Positions 49,313 through 59,942 of a DNA stretch of 64,000 nucleotides are shown piece by piece. The notes under the pieces were generated by a model. It was given only the letters and a program-made list of their open reading frames with translations, had not been told where the DNA came from and ran no database searches. A program made the position numbers and the translations under genes. Numbering within the stretch: the first letter of the stretch is position 1; the number at the start of each line of letters is the position of its first letter. Source of the DNA: an uncultured Phycisphaerales bacterium (lineage in GTDB: Bacteria; Planctomycetota; Phycisphaerae; Sedimentisphaerales; Anaerobacaceae); assembly GCA_963718665.1 (NCBI GenBank), contig OY970359.1, forward strand, positions 512,001-576,000. Reading direction: 5' to 3'.

Positions 49313-50226
49313 ATAAAAAGGCTATTTATTTTGTTCTCGGTTTTTTGTTTGTGGGAGTTTTAACTCTTATTGTTAATAACATCTATAAACCAACAACCCA
49401 ATCAAACAAACCTCAGGTTACAGCGAGTTTTTATCCTCTTTACTTTTTCTCCCAGCAAATTGCAGGAGATAAGGCAGATGTAATAAACATAACGCCTGCC
49501 GGAGCTGAACCTCACGATTATGAACCAACGGCACAAGACATTGCTCAAATAGAAAATAGCAAAATGCTTGTCTTAAATGGCGGTGGGTTGGAGGCTTGGG
49601 GAAACAATATAAAACAAAATCTTAATCCTAAAAATACTATCGTTGTAACGGCTGGTGAGGGATTAACAAACCAACAGGTAATGGAAAACGGACAAAATAT
49701 AATAGACCCGCATATTTGGCAAAGTCCTCCATTAGCCAAACAAATGGTTGATAAAATTACTCAAGGTTTTATACAAATTGACCCAACCAATAAAGCTTAT
49801 TATCAAGCAAACTCCGATGCATTAAAAGTCCGATTAGATAACTTGGATAAAGAATACAGACGAGGATTAAGCGATTGTTTAGAAAAAAGCATTATTACAT
49901 CTCACGCCGCTTTTGGATATTTGGCTACTACTTACGGCTTAAATCAAGTGTCTATCGCTGGGTTGTCGCCAGACGCCGAACCCTCCCCGCAACAATTAGC
50001 TGATATTGTAAAATTTGCTAAAACCAATAACGTAAAATACATATTTTTTGAAAGTTTGGTAAGCCCAAAATTATCAGATACCATAGCAACCGAAGTAGGA
50101 GCAAAAACTCTTGTGTTAAATCCGATTGAAGGATTGACCAATGAAGAAATATCTCAAGGTAAGAATTATTTTACAGAAATGCAAAACAATTTAGCCAATT
50201 TGAAAATAGCACTACAATGCAAGTAG
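49309..50226 (+). CDS. znuA: Zn/Mn ABC transporter substrate-binding protein
   Basis: EPHDYEP, DPHIW, TSHAAFGY, NPIEG. Confidence 0.9.
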   Translation: MNKKAIYFVLGFLFVGVLTLIVNNIYKPTTQSNKPQVTASFYPLYFFSQQIAGDKADVINITPAGAEPHDYEPTAQDIAQIENSKMLVLNGGGLEAWGNNIKQNLNPKNTIVVTAGEGLTNQQVMENGQNIIDPHIWQSPPLAKQMVDKITQGFIQIDPTNKAYYQANSDALKVRLDNLDKEYRRGLSDCLEKSIITSHAAFGYLATTYGLNQVSIAGLSPDAEPSPQQLADIVKFAKTNNVKYIFFESLVSPKLSDTIATEVGAKTLVLNPIEGLTNEEISQGKNYFTEMQNNLANLKIALQCK

Positions 50227-50984
50227 ACCACACAAAAAATATAATTGAGATTAAGGACGTATGTTTCAGTTATGGGAATGAGGAGGTCTTAAAAGCCATT
50301 ACTCTTAATATACATAAGGGCGATTATTTAGGAATAGTCGGCTCTAACGGAGCGGGCAAAACAACGCTTCTTAAGTTAATTTTGGGGCTGTTACCTTTAT
50401 GTTGTGGGTCAGTAAAATTATTCGGGCAAGACATAAAACAATTCAAGGATTGGTCAAGGATTGGTTATGTCCCGCAAAAAGCCACTAATTTTGATGTAAA
50501 TTTTCCTGCTACAGTCAAAGAGGTTGTGGCAATGGCGAGATTTTCAAAAAGAGGATTGCTTCACCGAACTACAAAAGAAGATGAAGAAATAATAGGAAAA
50601 TCTTTGAGGCAGGTTGATATGTGGGACTATAAAAACCGTTTAATAGGCGACTTGTCTGGCGGTCAGCAACAGAGAGTTTTTATTGCTCGGGCTTTGGCAG
50701 GACAACCAGAGGTTATCTTTTTAGATGAACCAACTACTGGCGTTGATAAAAAATACCAAGATGACTTTTATAATATCTTGAGAGGATTAAATAAAGATTT
50801 GGATTTAACATTAGTTCTCGTAACCCACGACATTGAAAGGATAACCAAAGAAGCAATGCACATTGCCTGCGTTGACCATACTTTAGTCTGTCATACTTCG
50901 CCAGAGGAATTCTTAAAAGAAGGCGAATTATTAAACATTTCGGGTCAAAGAGTTAAAATTATTGTTCCTCATCGTCACGCTTAA
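50217..50984 (+). CDS. znuC: Zn/Mn ABC transporter ATP-binding protein
   Basis: GSNGAGKTT, IGYVPQK, LSGGQQQR, LDEPT. Confidence 0.9.
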   Translation: MQVDHTKNIIEIKDVCFSYGNEEVLKAITLNIHKGDYLGIVGSNGAGKTTLLKLILGLLPLCCGSVKLFGQDIKQFKDWSRIGYVPQKATNFDVNFPATVKEVVAMARFSKRGLLHRTTKEDEEIIGKSLRQVDMWDYKNRLIGDLSGGQQQRVFIARALAGQPEVIFLDEPTTGVDKKYQDDFYNILRGLNKDLDLTLVLVTHDIERITKEAMHIACVDHTLVCHTSPEEFLKEGELLNISGQRVKIIVPHRHA

Positions 50985-50989
50985 AATGT

Positions 50990-51790
50990 ATGTATTTAGA
51001 TATTTTTCAATATAGTTTTATTATAAGGGGGGTAGAAGCTGGGATTATAGTCGCCATTATTGCCCCGCTCATTGGTATTTTTTTAGTTTTAAGGCGCTAC
51101 TCCTTAATAGCCGATACACTTGCTCACGTATCACTTGCGGGCATAGCGATAGGGCTTCTATTGGGCATAAACCCTGTTTTAACAGCTCTTGGAACTGCTG
51201 TTGTTGCCTCTCTGGGTATTGAGAAATTGAGGATTTCAAAAAGGGTATACGGCGAGTCTGCTTTGGCTCTTTTTGTATCTGGCAGTTTGGCTTTAGCTGT
51301 TGTTATTTTAAGTTTGGCTCACGGCTTTAACGCCAACCTTTTCAATTATCTGTTCGGGAGCATTGTTACTGTTACGATGAGCGACGTCTATACAATCGCG
51401 ATTCTAGCAATTGTGGTTATAGCAATTCTTCTGTCATTTTATAAAGAGCTTGTTTATGTCACCTTTGACGAAGATGCGGCAAAGGTAAGTGGCATACCAA
51501 CAAAATTGATTAACACGGTTCTTATTATTCTTGCGGCCATAACAGTTTCTTTGTCTATTCCAATCGTGGGGGTTTTACTAATCGCCGCACTAATTGTTGT
51601 TCCGGTAGTTTCTGCTTTGCAGCTAAGAAAAAGTTTTATTAAAACCATTTTATATGCAGAGATTATTTCTCTTTTTTCTGTTATCTCTGGCATATTTGCA
51701 TCTTTTTACTTAAATCTATCTACGGGCGGAACAATAGTTTTAATTATGCTTGCCATATTTATTTCAATTTTTACGGCAAAACGCCTATAA
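50990..51790 (+). CDS. znuB: Zn/Mn ABC transporter permease
   Basis: LIADTLAHVSLAG, NYLFGSI, VGVLLIAAL. Confidence 0.9.
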   Translation: MYLDIFQYSFIIRGVEAGIIVAIIAPLIGIFLVLRRYSLIADTLAHVSLAGIAIGLLLGINPVLTALGTAVVASLGIEKLRISKRVYGESALALFVSGSLALAVVILSLAHGFNANLFNYLFGSIVTVTMSDVYTIAILAIVVIAILLSFYKELVYVTFDEDAAKVSGIPTKLINTVLIILAAITVSLSIPIVGVLLIAALIVVPVVSALQLRKSFIKTILYAEIISLFSVISGIFASFYLNLSTGGTIVLIMLAIFISIFTAKRL

Positions 51791-51913
51791 ATCATTTCAC
51801 CGTGAAAAGCAAACGGAATTTTAAAATTAATTACAAATCTTTGAGTGAAAAAATGAATCAGAAAATTCCGTATCAGCCTATCAAAACTTGGCTCGAATCT
51901 AAAGATTTCAAAG

Positions 51914-52177
51914 TTGCCATTAGACGAACAAATTTCAAAACTCCAGGCAGAAATCAGTTACCTAAAGGTTCAATACGCTTCAAGCGATGAAGTCCTTAAT
52001 GAAGCTCGCGACCTCTATTCCCGTTGGCCAAACCTTGATCGTGCGGAAAAAAGGCAGATTATTGAGAACATAACTGAAAAAGTCGTTGTTGGCGAAAAAG
52101 ATATAACCATCAATCTATGCTATCTCCCTTTCTTTTCCGAAATGATGGCAGCTAAGACACGGCACGTTCCTGCTCCG
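51914..52177 (+). pseudogene. C-terminal remnant of a large serine recombinase
   Basis: KLQAEISYLK...ARDLYSRW...EKRQIIENITEKVVVGEKDITINL resembles LSR C-termini; catalytic N-terminus absent; reads across the att repeat. Confidence 0.6.
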
Positions 52178-52328
52178 ATCTTCTCATGGCGATACGAAAG
52201 ACACGGCCGTTCTTCTCACGGCGATATGAAAAACACGTCCGTTTTGAGAATAAAAAGCAAACCTTAACGACCTGTGTTAGAATATAATCAATATGTTTTG
52301 ATTCAAAAACAAAAGGAAAGGACCGGTT

Positions 52329-53495
52329 ATGTGCACTGTGAAATTCATTAAAACAATTGTCTGTTTCATAATCGCTTTGTCGGCGTTAACATCCCCGGCA
52401 CAGGCCGAGGCCTGGAAATTCGGCGTTATGGGCGACACCCAGTGGACGTGTCCTAACGACCCGGCGGGCAAAAATCCCGACCGCGTCTCCAAATCAATCA
52501 TCGACCAGATAAACCGCCAGTTCATCGACGCCAGGGTAAAATTCGTAATCCAGGTCGGCGACCTGACGGAAACCGGCACCGACGCCGCCGAGACGGTCCG
52601 CGCTAATGCTTCCCAGCCACTTTATGACGCCGACATAGGATTCTTCCCTATGCGCGGCAACCACGAGACCTACTCCCCCATACCCAACGGCTACGCCATT
52701 GCGGCCTTGCAGTCGAATTACCCGCAGACACGAGGTATCAGCAACACCTTCGGCGCCGCCAATTTCAGCAGTCCGACCTCGGTCAGCGCCGATCTGAATG
52801 GCATGAGCTATTCCTTCGACTACGGCGACCCGTGCAACAACGCCCGTTTCGTCATCATCGATAATTGGGCGACGCCGAGTAAAGACGTTAAAGTCGCCGG
52901 CCTCAAAGATATCTATTACGGCTACTCCATCGGTGAGCAGCAGGCCTGGATAAGCAGCCGGCTTGACAAAAACACACGCGGCACTGAGCATGCGTTTGTT
53001 TTCTCCCACCAGCCCCTAATCGCAGAGAACCACCAGGATTCTCCTTTTATTGGCTACACGAACGCCAACCAGGAAATGCAGAATGCCTTCTTTGCCTGTC
53101 TGCAGAACAATGGCGTAAAATACTACATCTGCGGCCACGACCATATGCACCAGCGATCCATAATTACCAGTCCGGACAGCAACTCCCGCGTCGAAGAAAT
53201 AATCTGCGCATCCTGCAGCAGCAAATTCTACACCCCCAAAGACCCCAATGACTTCAGGTGGTATAGCCAGAAAGTCCGCGAGAAGTCCTTATCCAGGGAA
53301 ATAAAACATGTCGGCTACTATATCTTCACCATCGATGGACCGCGAGTGACCGTCGATTACTATTCCGACAACCATGGCAACTGGCAGTCGGACGCCGACT
53401 ACCCCAACGGCCCCAATGACGTTAACAACCAGATAACCCCCGCCTTCCATTTTGTTAAGAAAGAAACCTGGGGTTATACTCTCAGCGGAAAGTAG
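52329..53495 (+). CDS. Secreted calcineurin-like metallophosphoesterase
   Basis: Signal peptide, GDTQW, VGDL, RGNHE, GHDH. Confidence 0.85.
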   Translation: MCTVKFIKTIVCFIIALSALTSPAQAEAWKFGVMGDTQWTCPNDPAGKNPDRVSKSIIDQINRQFIDARVKFVIQVGDLTETGTDAAETVRANASQPLYDADIGFFPMRGNHETYSPIPNGYAIAALQSNYPQTRGISNTFGAANFSSPTSVSADLNGMSYSFDYGDPCNNARFVIIDNWATPSKDVKVAGLKDIYYGYSIGEQQAWISSRLDKNTRGTEHAFVFSHQPLIAENHQDSPFIGYTNANQEMQNAFFACLQNNGVKYYICGHDHMHQRSIITSPDSNSRVEEIICASCSSKFYTPKDPNDFRWYSQKVREKSLSREIKHVGYYIFTIDGPRVTVDYYSDNHGNWQSDADYPNGPNDVNNQITPAFHFVKKETWGYTLSGK

Positions 53496-53764
53496 CTCCT
53501 GATTTGGGCAAGGATGGCCATCAAACGTCGTTAAGAACATATTACAGGTTCTAACATCGTTCCGGAGGAGCGACTATTTCACACTATTTTTACGTTTGAT
53601 GTGTAAGAAGGTGATAGTCGAACAGATGAGCTTGCGCAAATGCGGTCAACTGTTCACCCTTCAGCTGTTCAAATTGCGGTATTGCAGGTTATGAGCGGCG
53701 TTTTTTTGTTAAAAAACCGCTTGCAGGGAGTCGATAATAGAGATTATAATAGGCGGCAGTTTGT

Positions 53765-53836
53765 GCGGGTGTAGCTCAGTGGTAGAGCGTCACGTTGCCA
53801 ACGTGGATGTCGTGAGTTCGAGCCTCATCACCCGCT
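53765..53836 (+). tRNA. tRNA-Gly (GCC)
   Basis: GCGGGTG/CACCCGC acceptor stem, TAGCTCAGTGGTAGAGC, TTGCCAA loop, GTTCGAG; upstream TTGCAG-N18-TATAAT. Confidence 0.95.
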
Positions 53837-54109
53837 GTTAGTAAGTCGTGCCTCGTGGCTCGGCCCACGTGGCTCGTTTTTATCGAGCGACGAGTAACGA
53901 GAAACGAGCGATAGTTATGCATCAATGATGTATTGGTTTTACGCAACAAATTATAGTGTCGGCGAGTTACCGGCTAAATGAGTAGTTTGGCGTTGGTCGC
54001 CGACGCGTTTGGGCAACGAAATATGGAAAAAATGTGGCTGCGGGAATCAGGGTTCCTAATGCCATTTTTGTTTTGTATGAGCGTAAGCCCGGTACGATAG
54101 GAGAATAAC

Positions 54110-55627
54110 ATGGCAGAGCAACCACAGGAAACAACCCCAAAGAACACCGTAAAAATCGAACAGTCAGGCCCGTGCAAAAAGAAGGTCATTATCGAGGTCC
54201 CTCGTGAGACGATAACAAAGGCCACCGACGCCCAATACGAAACGCTGCGCAAAGACGCGCTGGTGCCGGGTTTCAGAAAAGGTCGTGCGCCGAAACGATT
54301 GCTGGAAAAGCGATTCGGCAAAGAAGTCGGCGAGCAGACAAAGCTGAAAATACTGGCAGAAGCGAGCGATTCGGCAATAAAGGACAACAAGCTGGATGTT
54401 TTGCGCGAGCCGGAGATTGATTATGAGAAGATAGAATTGCCCGCGGAAGACGCCCTGAAGTTCGAATTCGAGGTTGAGGTGCGTCCTGAGTTTGAGCTGC
54501 CAAATATCGAGGGCATACCGGTCGAGAAGCCAAAACACGTGGTAACCGAAGGAAACGTTGACAGGGAAATCGAGATGCTCTGCAAATACGCGGGGACGTG
54601 GACGCCTAAGGACAACGGCAAGGTTGAGCTTGAAGACCAGGTCGTCGCGGACGTGATGCTGAATATCGAGGGGCAGGAACAAAAAGTTGATAACACCGAA
54701 ATATACGCCAGGCCGAGCGGCTTTGTGGCGGAGGTGCCCGTCGAGAAATTGGACGAAATCATAGTTGGGGCAAAAACGGGAGACGTAAAGACCACGGAAG
54801 TGGAAGTGCCCAAGACATTCTTCAGAGAGGACCTGCGAGGCAAAAAGGTCAATATCAAGCTAACAATTAAGGACATCAAGTGGCTAAGACCAGCGGAACT
54901 GAATCAGGACACGATAAGCAAATACGGCGTGGCGACCGAGGAAGAGCTGCGAAAGGCGATTCGCGAAAAGCTTCAGAGCCGGCTCGAAGGCCAGGCGAAA
55001 AACGAGATGGCCGAGCAAATTTACAAATACCTGCTGGACAACACCAGCTTCGATTTGCCTTCAGACGTTGCCGCGGACCAAGCAGTCGCGTTATTACGAC
55101 GCCAGTATATCAACCTGATGATGCAGGGCATTGACAAAGAGCAGATTGACAAGAATATTGAGCAGTTGAAGGCGAACACCGAGCAGCAGGCAAAAGAACA
55201 GCTCAAGGTGTTCTTCATAATGGACAAAATCGCGGAAAAGTTGGATATAAAAACGACGGACGAGGAAATCAACGGGCATATCGCCCAGTTAGCCGTCCAG
55301 AAACACATCAGGCCCGAACGAATGAAAGAGGAAATGCAACGGGATGGTTCCCTCGAACAGTTCAAGCTTCAGGTCCGCGAACAAAAGTGTGTAGCCAAAC
55401 TGCTTGAGTCGGCGAAAATAACCGAAGTTGAGCCAAAGGCGCAAAAACCGAAAGCGGAAAAGGCCGAAACACCCAAGCACAGGAAAACGACCGAAAAAAC
55501 AGAGGTCAAACCTGCTAAAAAGGCCGAAACCGCGACAAAGCCGGCGCATCCCAAAAAAGCAAAAGCCGCGAATGAGGAAAAGCCGGCGAAAAAGACAAAG
55601 CCGACAACCCGAAAAAAGAAAACCTGA
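54110..55627 (+). CDS. tig: Trigger factor with Lys/Ala/Pro-rich C-terminal tail
   Basis: VPGFRKGRAP ribosome-binding motif; upstream of clpP. Confidence 0.95.
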   Translation: MAEQPQETTPKNTVKIEQSGPCKKKVIIEVPRETITKATDAQYETLRKDALVPGFRKGRAPKRLLEKRFGKEVGEQTKLKILAEASDSAIKDNKLDVLREPEIDYEKIELPAEDALKFEFEVEVRPEFELPNIEGIPVEKPKHVVTEGNVDREIEMLCKYAGTWTPKDNGKVELEDQVVADVMLNIEGQEQKVDNTEIYARPSGFVAEVPVEKLDEIIVGAKTGDVKTTEVEVPKTFFREDLRGKKVNIKLTIKDIKWLRPAELNQDTISKYGVATEEELRKAIREKLQSRLEGQAKNEMAEQIYKYLLDNTSFDLPSDVAADQAVALLRRQYINLMMQGIDKEQIDKNIEQLKANTEQQAKEQLKVFFIMDKIAEKLDIKTTDEEINGHIAQLAVQKHIRPERMKEEMQRDGSLEQFKLQVREQKCVAKLLESAKITEVEPKAQKPKAEKAETPKHRKTTEKTEVKPAKKAETATKPAHPKKAKAANEEKPAKKTKPTTRKKKT

Positions 55628-55774
55628 GCGTAAGAATATCCGATATTTAACAGAGCACAAGTGCAACAGTGCACAAAGGCAAAAGAGCACAAGTTGAAAA
55701 ATTACTTATTCCTTATGCACTTGTGACTTATGCTCTTGTGACTTACGACTTATGACTTATTAAGGAAAAACTTG

Positions 55775-56458
55775 ATGTTCAGCACAGGACCTGAAAAACA
55801 TATGATAATTGAGCCGAAGGGACAGTACCAGGACCAGTACGGGCCGGGAGGCGGTCATTACCAGCAATTTCGCCAGATGAGTTTGGATGATATGCTGCTG
55901 GAAAACCGGATTGTGTTCCTCATCGGCGAAATCAACTACGCCAGGGCTACCGAGGTAATAATGAAAATCCTTTACCTCGATAACCAGAAACGCAACACGG
56001 AAATCAGCTTGTATGTGAACTCGCCGGGAGGCAGCGTTGACGACACGATGGCGATATACGATACGATGCGGTTCGTAAGCTCTCCTATTGCTACTTATTG
56101 CATTGGTCGTGCGCAATCTGGCGGAGCGATAGTTCTCGCGGCGGGAACAAAAGGCAAGCGGTTTGCGCTGCCACATGCAAAGATTATGCTTCATCAGCCG
56201 TGGGGCGGAGTTTACGGCCAGGCGGCGGATATAAAGATTCAGGCCGAAGAAATCCTCAAGGCCAAGAAAATGCTTAACGAGCTGCTTGCCAAGCTCTCAG
56301 GCCAGCCCGTTGAAAAGATTATCGCGGAGACCGAAAGAGACAGGTATTTGACGGCGGACGAGGCGCTCGCATACGGACTCATCGACGAGGTCCTGGAGCT
56401 CGACGAGTCAGGCAAGAAAAAACCGGACGATAAGAAAACAGACGAGAAAAAACAATAA
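55775..56458 (+). CDS. clpP: ATP-dependent Clp protease proteolytic subunit (paralog 1)
   Basis: YVNSPGG, GRAQSGG, MLHQP, ERDRY. Confidence 0.93.
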   Translation: MFSTGPEKHMIIEPKGQYQDQYGPGGGHYQQFRQMSLDDMLLENRIVFLIGEINYARATEVIMKILYLDNQKRNTEISLYVNSPGGSVDDTMAIYDTMRFVSSPIATYCIGRAQSGGAIVLAAGTKGKRFALPHAKIMLHQPWGGVYGQAADIKIQAEEILKAKKMLNELLAKLSGQPVEKIIAETERDRYLTADEALAYGLIDEVLELDESGKKKPDDKKTDEKKQ

Positions 56459-56478
56459 CCACTAAAGAAAGTGAAACT

Positions 56479-57111
56479 ATGGCAGTTGACCAGAACTTAG
56501 TTCCGATAGTAATTGAAAAAACAGGTCGCGGCGAACGGGCATACGATATTTACTCCCGGCTGCTTAGAGACAGAATCATTTTTCTGAGCGGGCCGATAGA
56601 TGATATTTCCGCCAACCTGATTATAGCTCAAATGCTGTTTTTGAGCAACGAGGACAGCAAGACGGACATTCATCTCTATATCAATTCGCCCGGCGGGTCA
56701 ATCTCGGCAGGACTGGCCGTTTACGACTGTATGCAGTTTTTACGCTGTGACGTGGCGACCTATTGCATAGGCCAAGCGGCGAGTATGGCTGCGGTATTGC
56801 TGGCGGGCGGCAAGGCGGGCAAACGATTCCTGCTCGCCAACAACAGGGTGCTGATTCATCAGCCGTTGATTTCGGGAGAGCTGATTGCCCCTGCGACGGA
56901 CCTTGAGATTGAGGCCAGGGAAATAATGCGTCTGCGCGAACGGCTATACACAATACTATCCAAACACACAGGCCAGTCAGCGGAAAAAATCGAGAAGGAC
57001 TGCGACAGGAACCTCTGGCTGGACGCGAATGAAGCGATAAAGTATGGTCTGGCGGACAGAATAATCCAAAAGGCGCCGGAAATGGTCAAATCGGCAGACA
57101 AGGAAAGCTAA
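56479..57111 (+). CDS. clpP: ATP-dependent Clp protease proteolytic subunit (paralog 2)
   Basis: [29 protein letters not shown]. Confidence 0.95.
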   Translation: MAVDQNLVPIVIEKTGRGERAYDIYSRLLRDRIIFLSGPIDDISANLIIAQMLFLSNEDSKTDIHLYINSPGGSISAGLAVYDCMQFLRCDVATYCIGQAASMAAVLLAGGKAGKRFLLANNRVLIHQPLISGELIAPATDLEIEAREIMRLRERLYTILSKHTGQSAEKIEKDCDRNLWLDANEAIKYGLADRIIQKAPEMVKSADKES

Positions 57112-57122
57112 ATTTGAGAATT

Positions 57123-57766
57123 ATGTTCTTAGTTCGTAGTTCATTGTTCGTTGTTTCATTAGTATCGCTGGCATTCGCGTTTGGATGCGATAGCGGCACA
57201 GCCGGAAAACCAACGTCTTCACAGCAGGTCCAGCAGCTTACCTCGCAAAATACAGAGCTTCAAAATCAGCTCGAACAGACCCAGGTGGAAAACGCCCAGC
57301 TATTAAAACAGGCGGAGTCACTTTCCAAACTGCCGGGGGATAAAAGGGCCGACGCGATATATCACCTCAAGTCGGTCAAAATCGGCAGGTTCACAAACTT
57401 TTATGATGACGACAAGACCCCGGCGCAACCGGAAAGAAAAAGCTGGTCGTTTACGTTGAGCCGATTGATGAGACGGGCGACATCGTAAAGGCGGGCGGAG
57501 CTGTTGAGGTCCAGCTCTGGGACCTGAATAAAAAGGAAAATGAAGCCCGTTTAGCACAGTGGCAAGTTGAGCCGAATGAGCTTAAGACGCTCTGGCTGGG
57601 CGGGATGTTTTCGAGCAGCTACCGGCTGAGTTTTGATGCGGCCGGAATTGTTGACAAGTTCGACAAACCATTGACCGTAAAGGTCAACTTCACAGATTAC
57701 CTGTCGGGCATGACGTTCACAGAACAATTTATCATTCGCCCGCCACAACCCGCCAGCAAAAAATAA
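57123..57766 (+). pseudogene. Lipoprotein gene split by a 1-nt frameshift (possibly a sequencing error)
   Basis: Lipobox AFGC; one extra C in run 57418-57421 joins ...DDDKT to GATGKKKLVVYVEPIDETGD...PASKK*. Confidence 0.7.
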
Positions 57767-57959
57767 CCACCCCCCGCCGCTGTAATCATCTCCGCACCTG
57801 CCAAAATTCCTCAGAAACCAAAAATGAAATTCTCTGTATCCTCTGCCTACCCTGCCTGCCCCGGCAATCCGTAGGCCAGGGAGCAAGCGTAGCGCGTCGA
57901 AGGGTGGCTAAAAACTTCGTGTGTCTTCTTTTTCTCCGTGGTAAAGTAATTCGGCAATT

Positions 57960-59822
57960 ATGTCAAAAACGAAACTATCAAAACTATTATCAAAGCAGGT
58001 AGTTCTGGCTGACGGGGCGATGGGAACGATGCTCTACCAGTCAGGCGTCTATATCAACGCCTGCTTCGATGAGCTGAATCTCAGCAACCCCAAACTTGTA
58101 ACCAAAATCCACAAGCAATACGTCGAAGCCGGCGTTGACTTCATCGAGACCAACACCTTCGGCTCAAACGAGGTCAAGCTCGCTAAATATGGCCTGGCTG
58201 AACAAACCGAGAAAATAAACACCGCCGGTGTCAAAATCGCTAAACAGGCAGCAGGAGATAGCGTGTTGGTTGCTGGGGCTATCGGGCCTCTCGCACGCGA
58301 TATCGCCCTTTACAATCAAATATCCAAACAGCAGGCAATCTCCGCCTACAAAAAACAGGCCAAAGCGTTAGCAGATGCCGGCGCGGATTTCCTCATCCTC
58401 GAAACATTCTCGAATACTGATGAGCTAATACTGGCTATCGGGGCCGTATATAGCGTAACCGACCTCGAAATCGTCGCCCAGATGACCACTACCGAGCTAA
58501 ACGAGACGCCTTATGGCGAAAAAATCGACCAAGCAATCAGCCGAATCTCCGCTCAAAAAGGCGTAACTGCCGTGGGCCTCAATTGTTCCGTAGGCCCATC
58601 CGCGATGCTAAACGCCCTCGAACTAATCCACGCCGCCACCAATAAGCCCATTTCCGTCCAGCCAAACGCGGGGCTCCCCCGCCAGGTCGAAGACCGACTC
58701 CTTTATATGTCCACACCCGAATATATGGCGGAATTCGCAAAGCGATTCTACGAAAAAGGAGCACGAATCATCGGCGGCTGCTGCGGCACAACGCCCGACC
58801 ACATAAGAGAAATGGTTCGCGCAATCCGCGCAATCGACAAGGCCGCGACATCAAAGACACGATTGGGCGCTGTAACAATCGAAACACCAAAAATAACCGA
58901 AGTGCGCGAAACACCTCTGGCGGAAAAATCGAAGTTCGCGGCCAAACTCTCAAAAGGCCAAAAGGTAACCACCATCGAAATCACCCCGCCCAAAGGCCTC
59001 GATATCGACCCCATCCTCGAAAAAGCGAGGGCCTGTGCCGATATGGGTATCGACGCTATAAATATCCCCGACGGCCCACGCGCAAGCTCACGATTATCGC
59101 CAATGGTTACAGCCGTAAAAATCCAGCAGGCCGCCAACATCGAATCAATCCTGCACTTCTGCTGCCGCGACCGAAACCTCATCGGTATGCAATCCGACAT
59201 CCTCGGCGCATACGCTATCGGCCTTCGCAATATGCTCGTCATCACAGGCGACCCGCCAAAAATGGGCGACTATCCGCAGGCAACAGGCGTGTTCGATATG
59301 GATTCAATCACGCTGACGGGCGTAATCAGAAATCTCAACCGCGGGATTGACCTGGGCGGCAACCAGTTCAGCCCACCTACTTCGCTGGCGATAGGCGTCG
59401 GCGCAAACCCCGTCGCAACCGATATCAAACGCGAAATCGATAAATACCACCAGAAGGTCTTAGCGGGCGCGGAATTCGCAATCACCCAGCCCGTCTTTGA
59501 CGCTGATACGCTTTTGGGCTTCTTAGATTCGACTAAAAAATCGAAAATACCTGTCATTGCCGGTATCTGGCCCTTCACCAGTTTGAAAAACGCGGAATTT
59601 ATGGCAAATGAAGTCCCCGGCGTTGTAGTGCCCGCCAAATTATTGGAACGAATGAGCGCAGCAAAGACCCAGCAGCAGGGAAAAATCATCGGCGTTGAAA
59701 TCGCGAGGGAATTGATTGACCGGATTAACGACCGCGTCGCGGGATTCGCCGTGAGTGCACCCTTCGGCAACGTTAAAATAGCGCTGGCCGTCTTGGGCAA
59801 AATCGAAATCGATAAAATCTGA
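57960..59822 (+). CDS. yitJ: Bifunctional homocysteine S-methyltransferase / methylenetetrahydrofolate reductase
   Basis: DGAMGT, GLNCS, IGGCCGT, then CRDRN, ITGDPP, AITQP. Confidence 0.93.
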   Translation: MSKTKLSKLLSKQVVLADGAMGTMLYQSGVYINACFDELNLSNPKLVTKIHKQYVEAGVDFIETNTFGSNEVKLAKYGLAEQTEKINTAGVKIAKQAAGDSVLVAGAIGPLARDIALYNQISKQQAISAYKKQAKALADAGADFLILETFSNTDELILAIGAVYSVTDLEIVAQMTTTELNETPYGEKIDQAISRISAQKGVTAVGLNCSVGPSAMLNALELIHAATNKPISVQPNAGLPRQVEDRLLYMSTPEYMAEFAKRFYEKGARIIGGCCGTTPDHIREMVRAIRAIDKAATSKTRLGAVTIETPKITEVRETPLAEKSKFAAKLSKGQKVTTIEITPPKGLDIDPILEKARACADMGIDAINIPDGPRASSRLSPMVTAVKIQQAANIESILHFCCRDRNLIGMQSDILGAYAIGLRNMLVITGDPPKMGDYPQATGVFDMDSITLTGVIRNLNRGIDLGGNQFSPPTSLAIGVGANPVATDIKREIDKYHQKVLAGAEFAITQPVFDADTLLGFLDSTKKSKIPVIAGIWPFTSLKNAEFMANEVPGVVVPAKLLERMSAAKTQQQGKIIGVEIARELIDRINDRVAGFAVSAPFGNVKIALAVLGKIEIDKI

Positions 59823-59942
59823 CAAAGGATTTCACCGCATGGCTTGGCCATCCCTTGCGGGAGAGAACGCTGAGAACGCAGAGTTTCTTAGACACGGATT
59901 AACACGGATTTACACTGTTTTATGCATAGCAAAGGAACTGGT

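Larger units (their letters stand above)
48351..52177. mobile_element. Degenerate genomic island at the tRNA-Ser 3' end carrying zur-znuACB
   Basis: 10-bp direct repeat TCCTGCTCCG at 48351-48360 and 52168-52177; visibly AT-rich cargo; recombinase remnant at the right end. Confidence 0.7.

Noticed and set aside
55775..57111. One clpP copy being a catalytically dead ClpR
   Set aside because: Both copies retain the Ser and His catalytic motifs.
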